Source: Tricharina praecox
Lineage: Eukaryota
Assembly: GCF_024521635.1 (NCBI RefSeq)
Contig: NW_026250406.1
Location: 992,001 to 1,056,000, forward strand
DNA: 64,000 bases
Direction of reading: 5' to 3'
A model generated the notes under the pieces. That model had not been told where the DNA came from and searched no databases. It was given only the letters and a program-made list of their open reading frames with translations. The position numbers were made by a program, and so were the translations under genes. This document shows, piece after piece, positions 11,970 through 24,452 of this stretch (the first letter of the stretch is position 1; the number at the start of each line of letters is the position of its first letter).

Positions 11970-14900
11970 TTATCCAATCTTGTGCCAGAAATCAAGGGAG
12001 GCGACGACATCATCACCAGTGGACTCGTCTTCGTAGGCATAGAGGATCTATTTCCAGTCAGCATCGACGGCATCGAACGGCGGGCATAGCGGAACTTACC
12101 TCTCGTGTAGACTCGTGCAGCATGCGGATGTTCTTCCCAGTGATGATGGTGATCAGATTACCGGTGTCGACATGTCTGATCTCGATGAAGCTGGGCTCGA
12201 AGGCAAGTATGTACGGTGGCGAGAGAGCGAACGCCATCGGCTGTCCCTCCCATGCAATTTGCCAGTCCGGTCGCGCTCTCCACCCGTTGCGGTTGACAAA
12301 GAACGAGAAGTCCGAGTAGTTCAGAAGGAACTCGCCATTCAATCTATAAATGGCGATCGGCTTCATCGGCTTCACATTGTCACGGCGCTGGATAAAGTCC
12401 AGAGATGTGTCGGCGGGATCGAGGAGTGACTGCGTTTCCAACGTCTCCAAGCTCACCACCTCGAATCCCTTGGCGCAGCCTACGCAAAGCTTCGACTTCA
12501 GGAAATGAATGGAGGTGGATTCAGTGGGAATGTAGAATTCCTGGGTAACCGTTAGCGAAAAGGACTCCTCAAATCATCCTTCTCCGGAGGCACAAACCTT
12601 GAACGGCTTAAGAGCCTCCTGTCCACCCTGCGGAAGCAGCTTCCTGTACGCCGGCTGCTTCTTACTCCTGGAAAGTGTGTCCTGGGGTTCCAAAACCTTG
12701 ACGGTGGAGGATAGCGTGGAGGTCTTGACGCTGCAGACCAAAACCCGACCCAGACAGACACCGGCCTTGAAGAACGAAGTGTGACCCATAATCTTCTTTG
12801 GTCTTTTATTCGCCAGTGTTGTTTCCTCAGGATCCAATCCAGCAAGAGGAACTTGCATTAGATTCTTTTCGGTGAGCAATAAGAGCATTTGGTACTCCTC
12901 GAGGACATCGACTTGATCCACCTTGGTGATCTCGATGACCTTCTTGGGCTGTGCCAGCTGGGTATCCTTCGGTTTCCTGTCCGAGACGTATATTCCGGTA
13001 TCGGTACCGTACACCAGCTTTCGGCCACCATCTATTTCGGTGAGCGCTGCACATCATCACTGGAAGAGATCTCAATGCGTACCGATAGGAACCAAACAAT
13101 TGACCTTGTTGCCTTGAGAGAAGAAGTCTTCGCAGAGCACGGTGTGGTTGAATATGGTGCTTCGCTCCCGAAGGACGTTCTGTTGCGTTTCGATGTGCTC
13201 TATCCACTTCTTTCGACTGACGATCGAGTTCGCAAACAGCGGCACTGTGTATCCTCTCTTACCTAGATGCTGGAAGGTGATCGGATAACCCTTTTCCTTG
13301 TTGTTGAAGTCGGTGGGATTATTGCCTTTGAGCGGATTGAGTTTCGAGCCTTGGGCCAAACTAGAAGACGGCCTTTTGGCAATTCCCGCTTTGGGCGCGA
13401 ACTCCTCCATCTGGGTGATCACTAAGAGTTCCAAGGGTATGGGCTGAGGACACCATAGTAGTCGTTAGTAACCGAGATGCCACGCTTAGGAACTTGTCAT
13501 ACCTTTCTATAAACTTTGTACTGCTCTCGCTTATTCATGATCTTTATCCGTACCAGCAGCAGGGCGTGGTCGAAAAGGAAACATTGAATATCACCTCCAC
13601 CATCACCCCTCTTCAAACTTCCCTTGAAGATCAATTGACGCCCTTCTTCCGTGAGCTTCAGGTCGACCGATTCCCCGGGCCTGAATATGAGTTGCTGGTT
13701 CAACTGCATCAAGTTGAAGTGGTTCTCCGACTTTCCGGACTCGATGTTGACCTTCGTCAAAAACTTCCGAACCAGCTCAACAGCTATAGGAAGATCCTTT
13801 TTGTCGGGGTTCTCGTCCGCAGTAGCCTTGAAGACAGCCTCCAAAAGTAGTGGGTAACGAGCCAGACGGGTTGTCGGTTTGGTCAGATATCCGTTTAACT
13901 CCAGCTTCCGGGATTCCTTCATCCTCTCCGTCTCCTCCACGAACTTTGCGAATGCCGGGTTGGCCGACTTTTCCTTCTCGAACTCATGCTTTCCGTATAG
14001 CTGATTCGATCCGTACTTGATGAAGGGATCAAACTGCGGCACAAATTCGCGGAAGATATCTCCGATGTTGTGTACAACCGGAGATTGCTGCTGTCGCCGA
14101 GTGAGGGCCTCCGCCAGCCTCGAATTCACACTGTGGACCTCCAAAACGTTTCCAAAGACCGTCCGAATGAACTTCTCTCGTCTGTGCTCCGGGATAGGCG
14201 ACGGGTTCTGCGGGTTGGTAGATCGCAACGGCTTCATCCAAAAATCCCGGAGATACTCCAGATCCTTCACAAAATCACGCTCCGTATAGATGGCCTCCAT
14301 TATCACCTCCTGCCGCTTCTTCTCCTTGTCTGGGATACTGTCCGCGATCTCCTTGGGCACCGAGTGAATCCACAGCTTCTGTTCCTTGTCGTCGTCACCG
14401 TGTAAACTGGATCTGGAGTCCTGTCGCTTCAGTCCGGGTTGTGGTTTCAGGTTCAATCGAGCCTGTTGTTCCAGACGGCGAGGACAGGCAATTGAATAGC
14501 ACAGTTGATTCGGTGTGCAGGTAGGTGAATAACACTCGGTCAACAGAGTGAACACACCATTGACGACCTCGTGGGTGTCGTCAACCAGTCCGTCCCTGAA
14601 CTGGTATACCTCTCCCGTCGAGTCCCTCAATCTGTGCTCGTAGGTCACGTCGTGGAAGAACTTCTGTGCGTCCAGAGCTCGCCCGAGAAGCAGTGCCAAG
14701 TTCCGATCACTGGTCTTGATGATGTATGAGATCATATCGACTCCCTCCGCACCGGTAAACGCAGACTTGTAGGTGAGCTCGTTCTTCAAGCGGTCTCCAA
14801 TGAGTACTTTATCCCTAAAAACATCAGCTACCCGCGACAACAGCGCTGGGTAGACCAATGGAGCCTTTCTGCCCGGAGGCGGGGCAGCAGCACCCCCGGC

Positions 14901-15890
14901 CGCCATGCTGGCTGTGCTTGGGGATTTCGGCAGTGAATTGCGGTGATCGGAGTTGATGGATGCCGCAGAAGGAGCAACAGCAGTCATCGAGGATGATGTA
15001 CTAGCGTAACTCGGCGTCCGTTGCTTCGAGACAAAACTGAAGCTCCCCGTACTCCCTCCGGGCAAGCTGTTGAGTCGTTGCGTCTGTTGGGAAGGGAGAT
15101 ATTCGCTTCCTCCAGACTCTTTCCGCCGATGGGGGATGACCCTTCCACTCATGGTCTGTGCATGATCACGTTCGTGCGCATAGGTAGTCAGTGACATCGC
15201 TCGTTCATCGTGGCGTTCCGGAACAACTCGGCCCTGGGCAGTGGTTCGCGGCATGTGATGGCCCTGCGGAGGTTGTACACCCTGGCGGAACTGTGGAGGG
15301 GCGGCGGCATACTGGCTCGGAGGTGCCGTGGTCGATGCTGCCATGGACCTCGAGCGATAAGGGTCGTTGTTGAGGGCCGGTGGTGCGGGATAGTGGCGAT
15401 TCGGGAGCGGTCTCTGCGCATCCGCGTTCGTGGGAAGGCCCGCTGGCTGCATCCTGACCGGCTGAGCATACGGACGTCTCTCGGGATGCGTCGGTGATGG
15501 CAGATACTGCGGTTGGGTCTGGACTCTAGACGGCTGCGGGTTCTGTGGCGGGTACCCATTCGATGGGCCGGTGGTCGGATATCCACCCTGTCTCGGAGGA
15601 TAGTGCTGCTGTTGCTGCTGCTGCTGTGGCTGCTGCTGTTGTTGTTGCCGTTGTTGCTGTTGGGGGTTAAAACCCGCTTGTAGTCCCGGAGGAATATATG
15701 TACCCCCGTGGCCGGAGGTCGAAGACATTGTTTGAGATCGATCGGTTTGAGGAGCATAGTTGGACTGCGAAGTCATCGTGTGCGAGCGGCCTGAGGGAGC
15801 GTTGCCAAAGATATTGGAGAACGCAGCATCTCGCTGAGACGCAGGGGTGGTACGGGAATTATGGTACGTCTGATCATGACGGTCCGCCAT
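11970..15890 (-). CDS. ROM2: Rho1 guanine nucleotide exchange factor (DEP, DH/RhoGEF, PH and CNH domains), Rom2/Rgf1 family; 4 introns
   Basis: LVYPALLSRVA and DRNLALLLGRALDAQKFFHDVTY (DEP); KRQEVIMEAIYTERDFVKDLEYLRD and LNGYLTKPTTRLARYPLLLE (DH); YRK|PIPLELL (PH); KPFK|EFYIP and SFIEIRH (CNH). Ends VVASLDFWHKIG* at TAA 11970-11972; poly-Q N-terminus. Confidence 0.95.
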
Positions 15891-16237
15891 GGGGAGGAAG
15901 ATCTGCGAGTGAGTTGTGTGAGCGGTTAGTTGATGGGGGGTGCGGTGGGGGAAGTAGGAGATGATAACGGCGGCGGCGGCAGCGGGAGGAGAGGCGAGCA
16001 ACGGGCAGGGACTGTTTGGCAGTGACAGATGCAGTAGTCACGGCCACAGCCGTGAAAGGGAGAGGAGCGGAGTAGTAGGGAGGTTGCTGGGAGCCAATAG
16101 TGTTGTCTGGAGTGATGAACGAGCACCCTCGGGGAGCGGGTACTGTGAGACGGTATGGCACGCAGGCACGTAAGGGTAGGTATGTAGGATTGGGCAAGGT
16201 ATGGGTAAGTGGTTTTTTGAGGGGGGTGGCTTAGAAT

Positions 16238-16291
16238 GGGGGATGGGGGATGGGGATGGGGGATGGGGGATGGGGATGGGGGGATGGGGGG
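16238..16291 (+). repeat. (GGGG/GGGGG-AT)n G-run repeat upstream of ROM2; potential G-quadruplex
   Basis: Eight runs of 4-6 G separated by AT. Confidence 0.7.
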
Positions 16292-18389
16292 ATCAGGGAC
16301 TCGGATACGGGGGCGGGAAGCGACTGCTCGGGGGGGATAGCAAGCCAGCAAGCCGCAAGCCAGCAAGCGCGGTAATAGAATGGGGATGGACAGTACCTTC
16401 TATCCGTTTGACATGTAAGAGGGGCTGATGGAAATGGGATAGGCGGGCGGTGAATTGGAGATATCGAACGGAGGGTAAGTTGGGTTGAGCGGGCGGCGCG
16501 ACTTGGATAGTTTCGGCGGGATGTGGCTGTCGGCGCAGTAGATATCTAGGTTGCGGGTACCTATGCTAGCTAAAGGTTGGTGGTTGGTGGTTGGTAGAGT
16601 TTGAGTGGCGTGGGCGGGGAGCGGATACAGGCGCGCGACGGATAGGAAAGTATGTAGCCAGCGAACACGCTGCGTAACTTTTACTTTCGAGTGGGTGGAA
16701 CCTTAGGGAGATATATCGATATCGATATCGGTATCGGTACTGTATTCCTCCTAGGTACTGGGGAGTGATTGTGAGGGAGAGTTGACGATGAATGATTCGT
16801 ATTCCTCCCAGTTGACGATGAATGAATCCCTTAGAATGAATTCCGGAGCACCCGTGCTTTTTTTCTATCTCAGAACGATGCTTGGCACTGGAGACAGACA
16901 AACAGATGCGGTGCAGCAGCGAAAGGGACGGAGAAGGAACTCGTTCGTCGTATCTAGAGCATGTAGCTCCTTCGAGACTTTCCGTTGCGATTCGCAGTGG
17001 TTCCTTGCATGCATGCAAACACCTTTCAACTCTCAGCCCTTCCCCATCCGAGTCGGGTGTCCCTTTTTTTTTATCTCTTCGCGTGTGTGGAAGTGGCCGG
17101 AGTTCGCATGGTCACGTGCGGGGAAAGCAGTTGCCAAGTCAACGCAACGTGGTTGGTGGTTGGATTCGGTTGAGTAAACAGCGTGTTTAAATGGCCATTG
17201 CAAGGCTAGGCTTGGCTCAGCTCCTTCCCCCATGATATCGATGTCGAGAACTCGCGAGGGATACGCGTCCAGCACCCCCCTTTGGGAGCTTTTCAGCTCC
17301 CCGGAGTCACCGGATCCTTGGATCATGCAGGGCATCCCGGCGGTGTGTTTGAGAGGCATGCAAGAAGGGGAAACTTGTCGAGCCGGAACGTTCGATTCAC
17401 CGGGGTGCAACCGTGCAAGCGTTGCGCCTGGCAAAATGCCGTACATACCGGTACTTTATGTGACGATGGCGTCTTGAGCTCGGGGATCGAGCCTCATTGT
17501 GGCGTTGCGGGGAGGCGGCCAACTACTAACGGCGGGTACATGTAGCAATTGCTGCACTGAACACGCACGGTACATACCGTACTATCGACAGACGCAGTGA
17601 AAGCCTGGGTCCGTTCGGGGACCGCAGCAGAACATACGACGATTTCGGCCAGCGCGCGTCCGGATACGTACACGCAACACCGATGCAATAACTATATCCT
17701 CCTCCTCCGACTGCAAGTACATAGGAGCTCTCGGCTCCCTATATGACACACGAGACGGTTCACGTTTGAGCATTGTCCGCTCCCCGCCGCTGCCCCCGCC
17801 GTCGCCGCCCTCAAGCTTTCCTAGTGCCCACGGGCGAATCCCCAGGCTAACCCTCGACAATTTCCACATTGGAAAAAAGCAACGTTAGTTAGCCTCGCGA
17901 GCAAGAGCGCTGGGATGCCTGGATGCTTGGGTATCTCGGTGTATCTGTCTCCTTACTACCCACTCATGCACGCGGATTTCCAATACCCCGCGAGTGAGAT
18001 TTTGTGGCTAACTGGCATCTACCTGGTGCCGTGGATCGGACCGAGGGATGGGATCATCTAGTCCCGGATTCCGAAGTTCCAGGAGTCCGGCAGAATACTG
18101 GTAATGCGGGGCTCCCGCATGCACCTTAAATTGGCTAGCTATACCCAATCGAACTGGAGGCTGCTGTGCCGGTCTCCCGTACCAGTACATACACCTTTGA
18201 TGGAGTAAGGATCACCAGACCGCTGGCATACTGAGATCCAAACTAGTAACTGTGGTGGTTAGAACATGTTGGAATATGTAGGCAGAAGGAGCAGAGATAA
18301 TCAATTCGATACAGCAACATCAGCAGCAGCGAGGTCTCTCTTTATATACACACAAACTTCAGACTTCAGACTTCTGGGTCCGTCTAGTT

Positions 18390-18567
18390 CCGAAGGTTAC
18401 TCCTAAGGTACCGCCGAAGGTTACTCGCCTCTAGTACTGCCGAAAGTTACATACTCGCCCTAGATACCGCCGAAAGTTATTCGCCTTAGGTACCGCCGAA
18501 AGTTACATACTCGCCCCAGATACCGCCGAAGTTACTCGCCCCAGGTGCCGCAAAGGTTACCCGCCCT
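18390..18567. repeat. Degenerate tandem array of 24-30 bp units, core CCGAAAGTTAC(ATAC)TCGCCCYAGRTACCG, about 7 copies
   Basis: Unit starts at 18390, 18414, 18440, 18470, 18496, 18526, 18551 (lengths 24, 26, 30, 26, 30, 25, partial). Confidence 0.9.
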
Positions 18568-21500
18568 GTGCAGCACTTGGGCGAACTTTATCCGCGCCTC
18601 CGCGCCAACATCTCCGGCGTGACGCGTCGAAACTTTGACAGAACGTTTTCATAGCGTGCTTCATACCTCATATTCCCGTCTATGATACTTCTCTTTCCAA
18701 AACAGATGTTCACTTCCTGCATTTCAGGCGGATATGTATGATACGGTATATGTGGTCCGTCGAGGTGATCTGATCACTTGCTAGCTACACTTACGTAGGT
18801 AGCCCCATATCTTCTCACTCGTTCCAGAGTCAAGACTCCGGACTCCAGAATTCGATCTCGCCGTGTGATTGTGTGATTTCTGTAGCCCGTTCGATACCGC
18901 TTCTTACATACATACAGACGAGCATTTACCGGCCGTCCAAGAGCCGGTTGGGCCCGGCTCCGGATTTCGCTGTTCCCCTGGTACTTATACCTGGTAGGGT
19001 TTCTCGGTTTGCCGGACGGGCACGTTTGGCTGCAGCGGCAGGCTTTTCCTATGTACGCAGAATAGACAGTGTGGAATACATGGTAGGTATATAGTACAGG
19101 CGATACGGAAGTGTGCACATCCTCGAATACTCAGAACATGTTTGTTCCATCCCTCCTCTCAAGCTTAGAATTTGGTACAGCCTTACAGGTCCGGAACTGC
19201 TAACGCTTGAATGAAGGCAGTGACGTTGGGTATTAGGTATTGGTTAAGTCCTTTCATCTAGGAAGTAGGTATATAGCTGAATGGGACGGTAAGGTGAGAG
19301 TCTGAGCTGCTATTCGTTTTGTTTGTTTAATCATCATACATTATAACATTCGGCGTTGATACCCACCTAGATCATGACTGTGTACCTACATCTGCGTCTT
19401 CCTCACTACCTTCCGACCCGGTGTCACAGTGTGGGTTTCCCACTGCCCTCCGCCTGGCGCCCACTCGACCGCCCCAATCATCTGTCGCCTCTTATCCTGC
19501 CGCCCTCTTCTTCTTCTTCTTCTTCTTCTCTTCCTCCTCGGCTCCAGTTCTCGCCCGCCTCACAGCCCATGACTCACTCTACTGTATGGCGGCCTTCCTG
19601 CTCGGCTACCTATTCGCAATTTCGCAATTTCGCAATTCCGCAGTCGAGCTCATAAAGTCGAGTGACATCATATGAATGCTGCAGATTCCAAGGAGAGTGA
19701 TAATCTTCGTATGTAAGGAGTCCTGTAACTATCGCTAAACCGTCCGCAACCCCGCAACCCCGCACCATGGATCCATGCAGGTTCTTACCAGCCCCACCTG
19801 CGTGCCGCGGATCTTCGCCTACAATGTACATGTCGCTTTCCGTTCTATCGGCAAGGTAGCTAGCAGTGCACCAGTGGTTGCCGCTGTTATGTGTTGACAT
19901 AAACCCTGCCCCGCCGTGATTACGTTGTGGTTGTGTTCGATAGGAACTCGGGGAGTCGGGGTACGAAGTGAAGTGTTTGCACCACGGTACCTCTATGTAC
20001 CGCATGAGCCATGGCTCCACCCGACTGGACGCGACGACAGCCGCTGCCGCCGCCCGTATGTATGTATGTAGAATATGTCACTGAAGATCTTGACGAAACT
20101 CGTCATATGCAACCTTGAACTGATCTGCAAGGGTCAAGATCGGATCAGCAGATATACGCCGACTGCGGCAGTCCAGGCGAATATGTAGAGTACTTATTCT
20201 CATCCGACTTGGGGGTTGCAACTTGCGCTCAGTTGCCAGTGAGGAATTGTCTGGCTCTATGTACTAGGTAGTAACTAAGGACCGCCGTTCATGACCTCGT
20301 GGAGGCTCTGTGCAAACAGTGGTAGGTACCTATTCGACCTCGTACAAGCGTGTACTTACCTTGGTGCCGTTCTCGTATCGTTCTGGGGACTTTTCTGTTT
20401 AAAGCTGGCCGCTTAAGTGCGCAAGTCACCGGCGGGGGGAATACATATCGGCTGGGTTTTCGGGAGTTCCGTCGAGGTCTCGAATCTCGATGCGAAGACT
20501 TGAAGGCACCAGCCTTACGTACATACCAGCTGTCTCCCGACTCCCGAGGCCTACCAGGCATGGTCGGTCGGGCGGACTGTGAAGACAGGGCCGATCAGCT
20601 TTCAAGGGCACCCGCCGTTACATTGGCCTTAGGCGCCCTCAAGAGTCTCGCTGTGGAGAATCGCCGAAGACCGGATCCAGCTACTCCAAGTAATTAACCA
20701 TGCCAGAGCACCGCCTCAGCCTTCCCCCGCCGACGCAAGGCTATGATGCCGTTTAGAAAAGTTATGTATGATACAAAACAGGGCTTACCCGCGTGTACCG
20801 TGTGTATCATACCTAGTTGAGCTGGCCGTCGTTTCTCAGAATCCGAATTCCCCAAGTCGGTTGGCCCCGCAAAGTCTCCAGGGCTCCTCACCTTTCGGAC
20901 TCACGGCGACTCACGGCGAATATGCCTTGTTGGGCTGGGGCTCCACAATACCGGCCGCGTGCAAATGCCTTTTCGTGAATCGTGACGGCCTTGCCCCGCC
21001 CTTGTACTGATCGACGACGTCATTCGGCATATCTCCAGGCATGGATCTCGATATAAACACTTTCAGCGCGAGTTGCAGTGGGTAGAGTCGAGTATGTAGA
21101 GTACGTAGAGTACATAGAATAGCCGTCGGATGTCTCCTGCCAGCCAGCCAGCCATCCCATGCAACCCCGCGATGAGCACGGGGGGGAAGAGCCGAGCTAA
21201 AGATACTCGAAGAGAAAGAGAGAAAAAAGAAAAAGAGGAAGAGAAGAGCAGAGACGCCGTGGGAAAAGCAAGTTGTGCATGATGTAGCAAGCGGGTCTTC
21301 GACTTCTCCTCTATGCGCGGCGGCGGCAGCAGCCCAAAGAAATCAGCCACATAGAAATGTCGGCGGCGTCCTAAACGGTGAAGTGAAGTGAAGCAAAGCG
21401 CAGCGTTGTCATCTGCCATTCCTTGTTTTTCTTCTGGCTGGCAGGCGCCTCGTATCTAAGACCTCGATCCCGCCTTTCCGCTGACCGCGCCGTGTGATTA

Positions 21501-22145
21501 TCCTTCGCCCCACGAGACGAGACGAGACCCTTAACAAAAGAAAATAGCTACTCGAGAGGTGCCTTGTGAGCTAAAGCGCACACCTACCTACCCACCCACC
21601 ACCACCGCCACCACCACCACCAGCAACAACACCAACACCTATTTAGGTACGACACGGCAATTCATCCCGACGAACTGAACTGAACTGTGGAGGGAAGGCT
21701 TTGGTAATCCCCATCTTACTTTACTTAAAGCCAGTTCCCCGACCAACCTCTGCCGGGGTTGCCGACTGTTGCTCCGAACAAAGACAAAGCAAGCCGGAAT
21801 CGCATCGCATTATATCAAATCGCCAACCCAACGCAGCAGACCAGACCAGCGCAGTGCGGATTTCCATAACAGCGGCAATTAAGAGATCGCTGGCCCGGGG
21901 ACAACTTGACGGATAACCAAGGTGTGCGCGACATCCCGAATCCGAAACACCGGCGTAACTAACCAAGTACCTACCCACCTACCTAGCTACCCCACCCCAC
22001 CTCTCGCAGCGTCTGCGCGGAACCGCACACACTGGCGAGCCACGACCACGATCTTGACCACGATCTTGACCACGACCTCCGTCGTGCGAACACATCGCAA
22101 TCGTCGAACAAGCGCCGACGTATCGACATAGCAAGTGCGGGTGGG

Positions 22146-23974
22146 ATGGATATCCGGCGACTGGTGCACAGCAGCGCAACGACGAGCTCTCGCGACGGCA
22201 GCAGCAACGGCGGAGAAGGAGGAGGAGGAGGGCAGCTACTTACCCCGCCTCCCGAAGCACCACCGCGGGAGGAGGAGGTGGAAGACATCACCATGGAGGG
22301 GTCGCGCGAGTGGCTACACCCCGAACCCGCGTCGCCGTCGGCCTCGGAGCCGGTGAGAGAGACGAGTGTGGATGATTTCCATTTGGTCAAGATACTTGGG
22401 TATGCTCCATACATTCCCCGAGAGAGAGAAAGAGACCGTGGCTGACTGGCGCAGTACCGGAACCTTCTCGAAAGTTTGGTAGGTTACTTTGCCGTGTGAA
22501 GGGCTGTCCGTCCGTTAACCGCCTCCTGCGTTGTAGGCTAGTGATGCCCAAAGGAGAAGAAGACGCACCAGAGCCAACCCTGTATGCGCTGAAGCAGTTG
22601 CGAAAATCAGATGGTGAGTGAGAATCGGAGTGATTTTGCACCGGTCCGTGGAATGGACGGTTTGTTTTTTTGTTTTAGCGACTAACGGATCGACCAGTCA
22701 TTCGGCTGAAGCAAGTTGAACATGTATGGTGCTAAATTTCGTCTGCGCGTGGAGCTCGAGTGTGAGCTGTTGGGCTGGAGCTGTGCTGATAATGCTGGGA
22801 ACAACAGATCCAGAACGAGAAGAATATTCTTGAGCTGTGTCGGCATTATCCGTTTATTACATCGTACTTGACTTCCTGGCAAGATCGTGCGTCTTTATAT
22901 ATCCTCGTGAGTACTTCTTCCGTTTGGACATCTTGAGCTCCAACGCTGACATCCCGCAGCTCGAGTATTCACCAGGTAAGAGCCAACTGCGCTCCTATGC
23001 GCGGACATCAGCTTATAGACTTTCTCCCAGGTGGCGAAATGTTTGGTTACCTCCGCCGAGCGCATCGTTTCGACAACACCGTAGCACAATTTTACGCGGC
23101 CGAGATAACACTGATTCTCGTATTCCTCCACAATCATGGAGTGGTATATCGAGATCTGAAGCCGGAGAACATCCTCATCGATGCGCGGGGGCATGTCAAG
23201 TTGGTGGATTTTGGGTTTGCGAAGGTCGTGGGAGACCGTGAGTACTTCTTATACTGTGATGTACAGGGGGATGAAGGGCTAATATGGAGGCGGACACAGG
23301 TGAGACTTATACGTTATGCGGTAAGATGCTCTGTGTATGACGGTGGAAACAGGTATATTACTGACCGACATTGCGCGATTGAAGGCACACCCGAGTATCT
23401 CAGCCCCGAGGTAAGCCCACATATTTAAAATAGTCAATAAACCCTTCCGTCCAATCACTGACCCTCATAGGTGATCCAAAGCAAAGGTCACAGCAAAGCG
23501 GTAGACTGGTGGGCTTTGGGCGTATTAATATACGAGATGGTGCTCGGATACCCTCCGTTCTACGCGGACTCGCCAATCCAAATCTACAAGAAGATCGTGG
23601 ACTCCAAGATCGTGTACCCCACATGGCTGCAGCCCAATACACGGGATATAATACAGCGGCTATGTACCAAGGACCTGTCCGCGCGGCTCGGAAATCTTAA
23701 AGGTGGTGGCTACGAGGTCATGAGACACCCGTTCTTCAATGGAATTAATTGGAGAGAGTTGGAGGCGCAGAGAATGGATGTGAGCACTACCTTCGAATCC
23801 CTGTCCGCCTTGTTCGCTACTGATGTGCGAGTATAGGGGCCCCTCGTGCCAAAACTGAGGTACCATGGCGATACGCAGTACTTCGAGACGTACGATCCTG
23901 CGGGACCGAGTCCGGACGAGGAGTATCCTGAGAGCATGTTTGTGGAGTATGATCATCTGTTTCGGGATTTTTGA
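22146..23974 (+). CDS. cAMP-dependent protein kinase catalytic subunit-like (AGC kinase, probably the secondary PkaB/PRKX-like type); 10 introns
   Basis: Spliced translation gives [85 protein letters not shown] and the terminal FRDF* (FxxF end typical of PKA). Confidence 0.93.
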
Positions 23975-24452
23975 TTTGGATGAGGGGTATCCTGGAGTTC
24001 TTTTGATTTTGATGATGATTTTTAGTTTCTTGCTTTATGACTTCTTGGTTGTGCTGTTTTTCTTTACTATGTTTTCTGATATCTTCGCATTCTTCACGCC
24101 AGCGGCGGCGGTGATACCTTTCTGTTCTGCCTTCCTTCTGTACATTACTTATTTACTTACATACGGTCATCATTTTCACGTGCACAAGTACAATGCACAA
24201 ACCCACATATCCGTCAGCCACAGTGAGATCCAACCCAGCCATGCAGTTCCGGGAATCTGCGCCTCCCCCACATTCGCATTAAGGAACCGCCGGCTTCGGG
24301 CACAACCGAGGGAGTCCGTGCGTATTTTGTGGGGAAAGCTGCAGCTCGCCGAGCCCCCCCTCCCCGCCGGAGAAACCCCATACCTCATATAATACCCTCC
24401 CCCCGTCTGCCCTCCAAATATACCGTGCTGTAAAGGTAGTTACATAACTTCG

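Noticed and set aside
16711..16825. (ATATCG)n palindromic run and a 16-bp direct repeat AGTTGACGATGAATGA at 16780 and 16810
   Set aside because: Short local slippage duplications with no further structure.
10530..18567. Tandem arrays at 10530-10757 and 18390-18567 considered as CRISPR-like arrays
   Set aside because: Units are contiguous with no unique spacers, there are no cas genes, and the context is eukaryotic.
20775..20790. AAAACAGGGCTT, resembling part of fungal 5S rRNA
   Set aside because: Similarity does not extend and no 5S helices form.
20894..20906. 13-bp match (TTCGGACTCACGG) to one minisatellite unit 10 kb away
   Set aside because: Short enough to arise by chance; flanks are unrelated.
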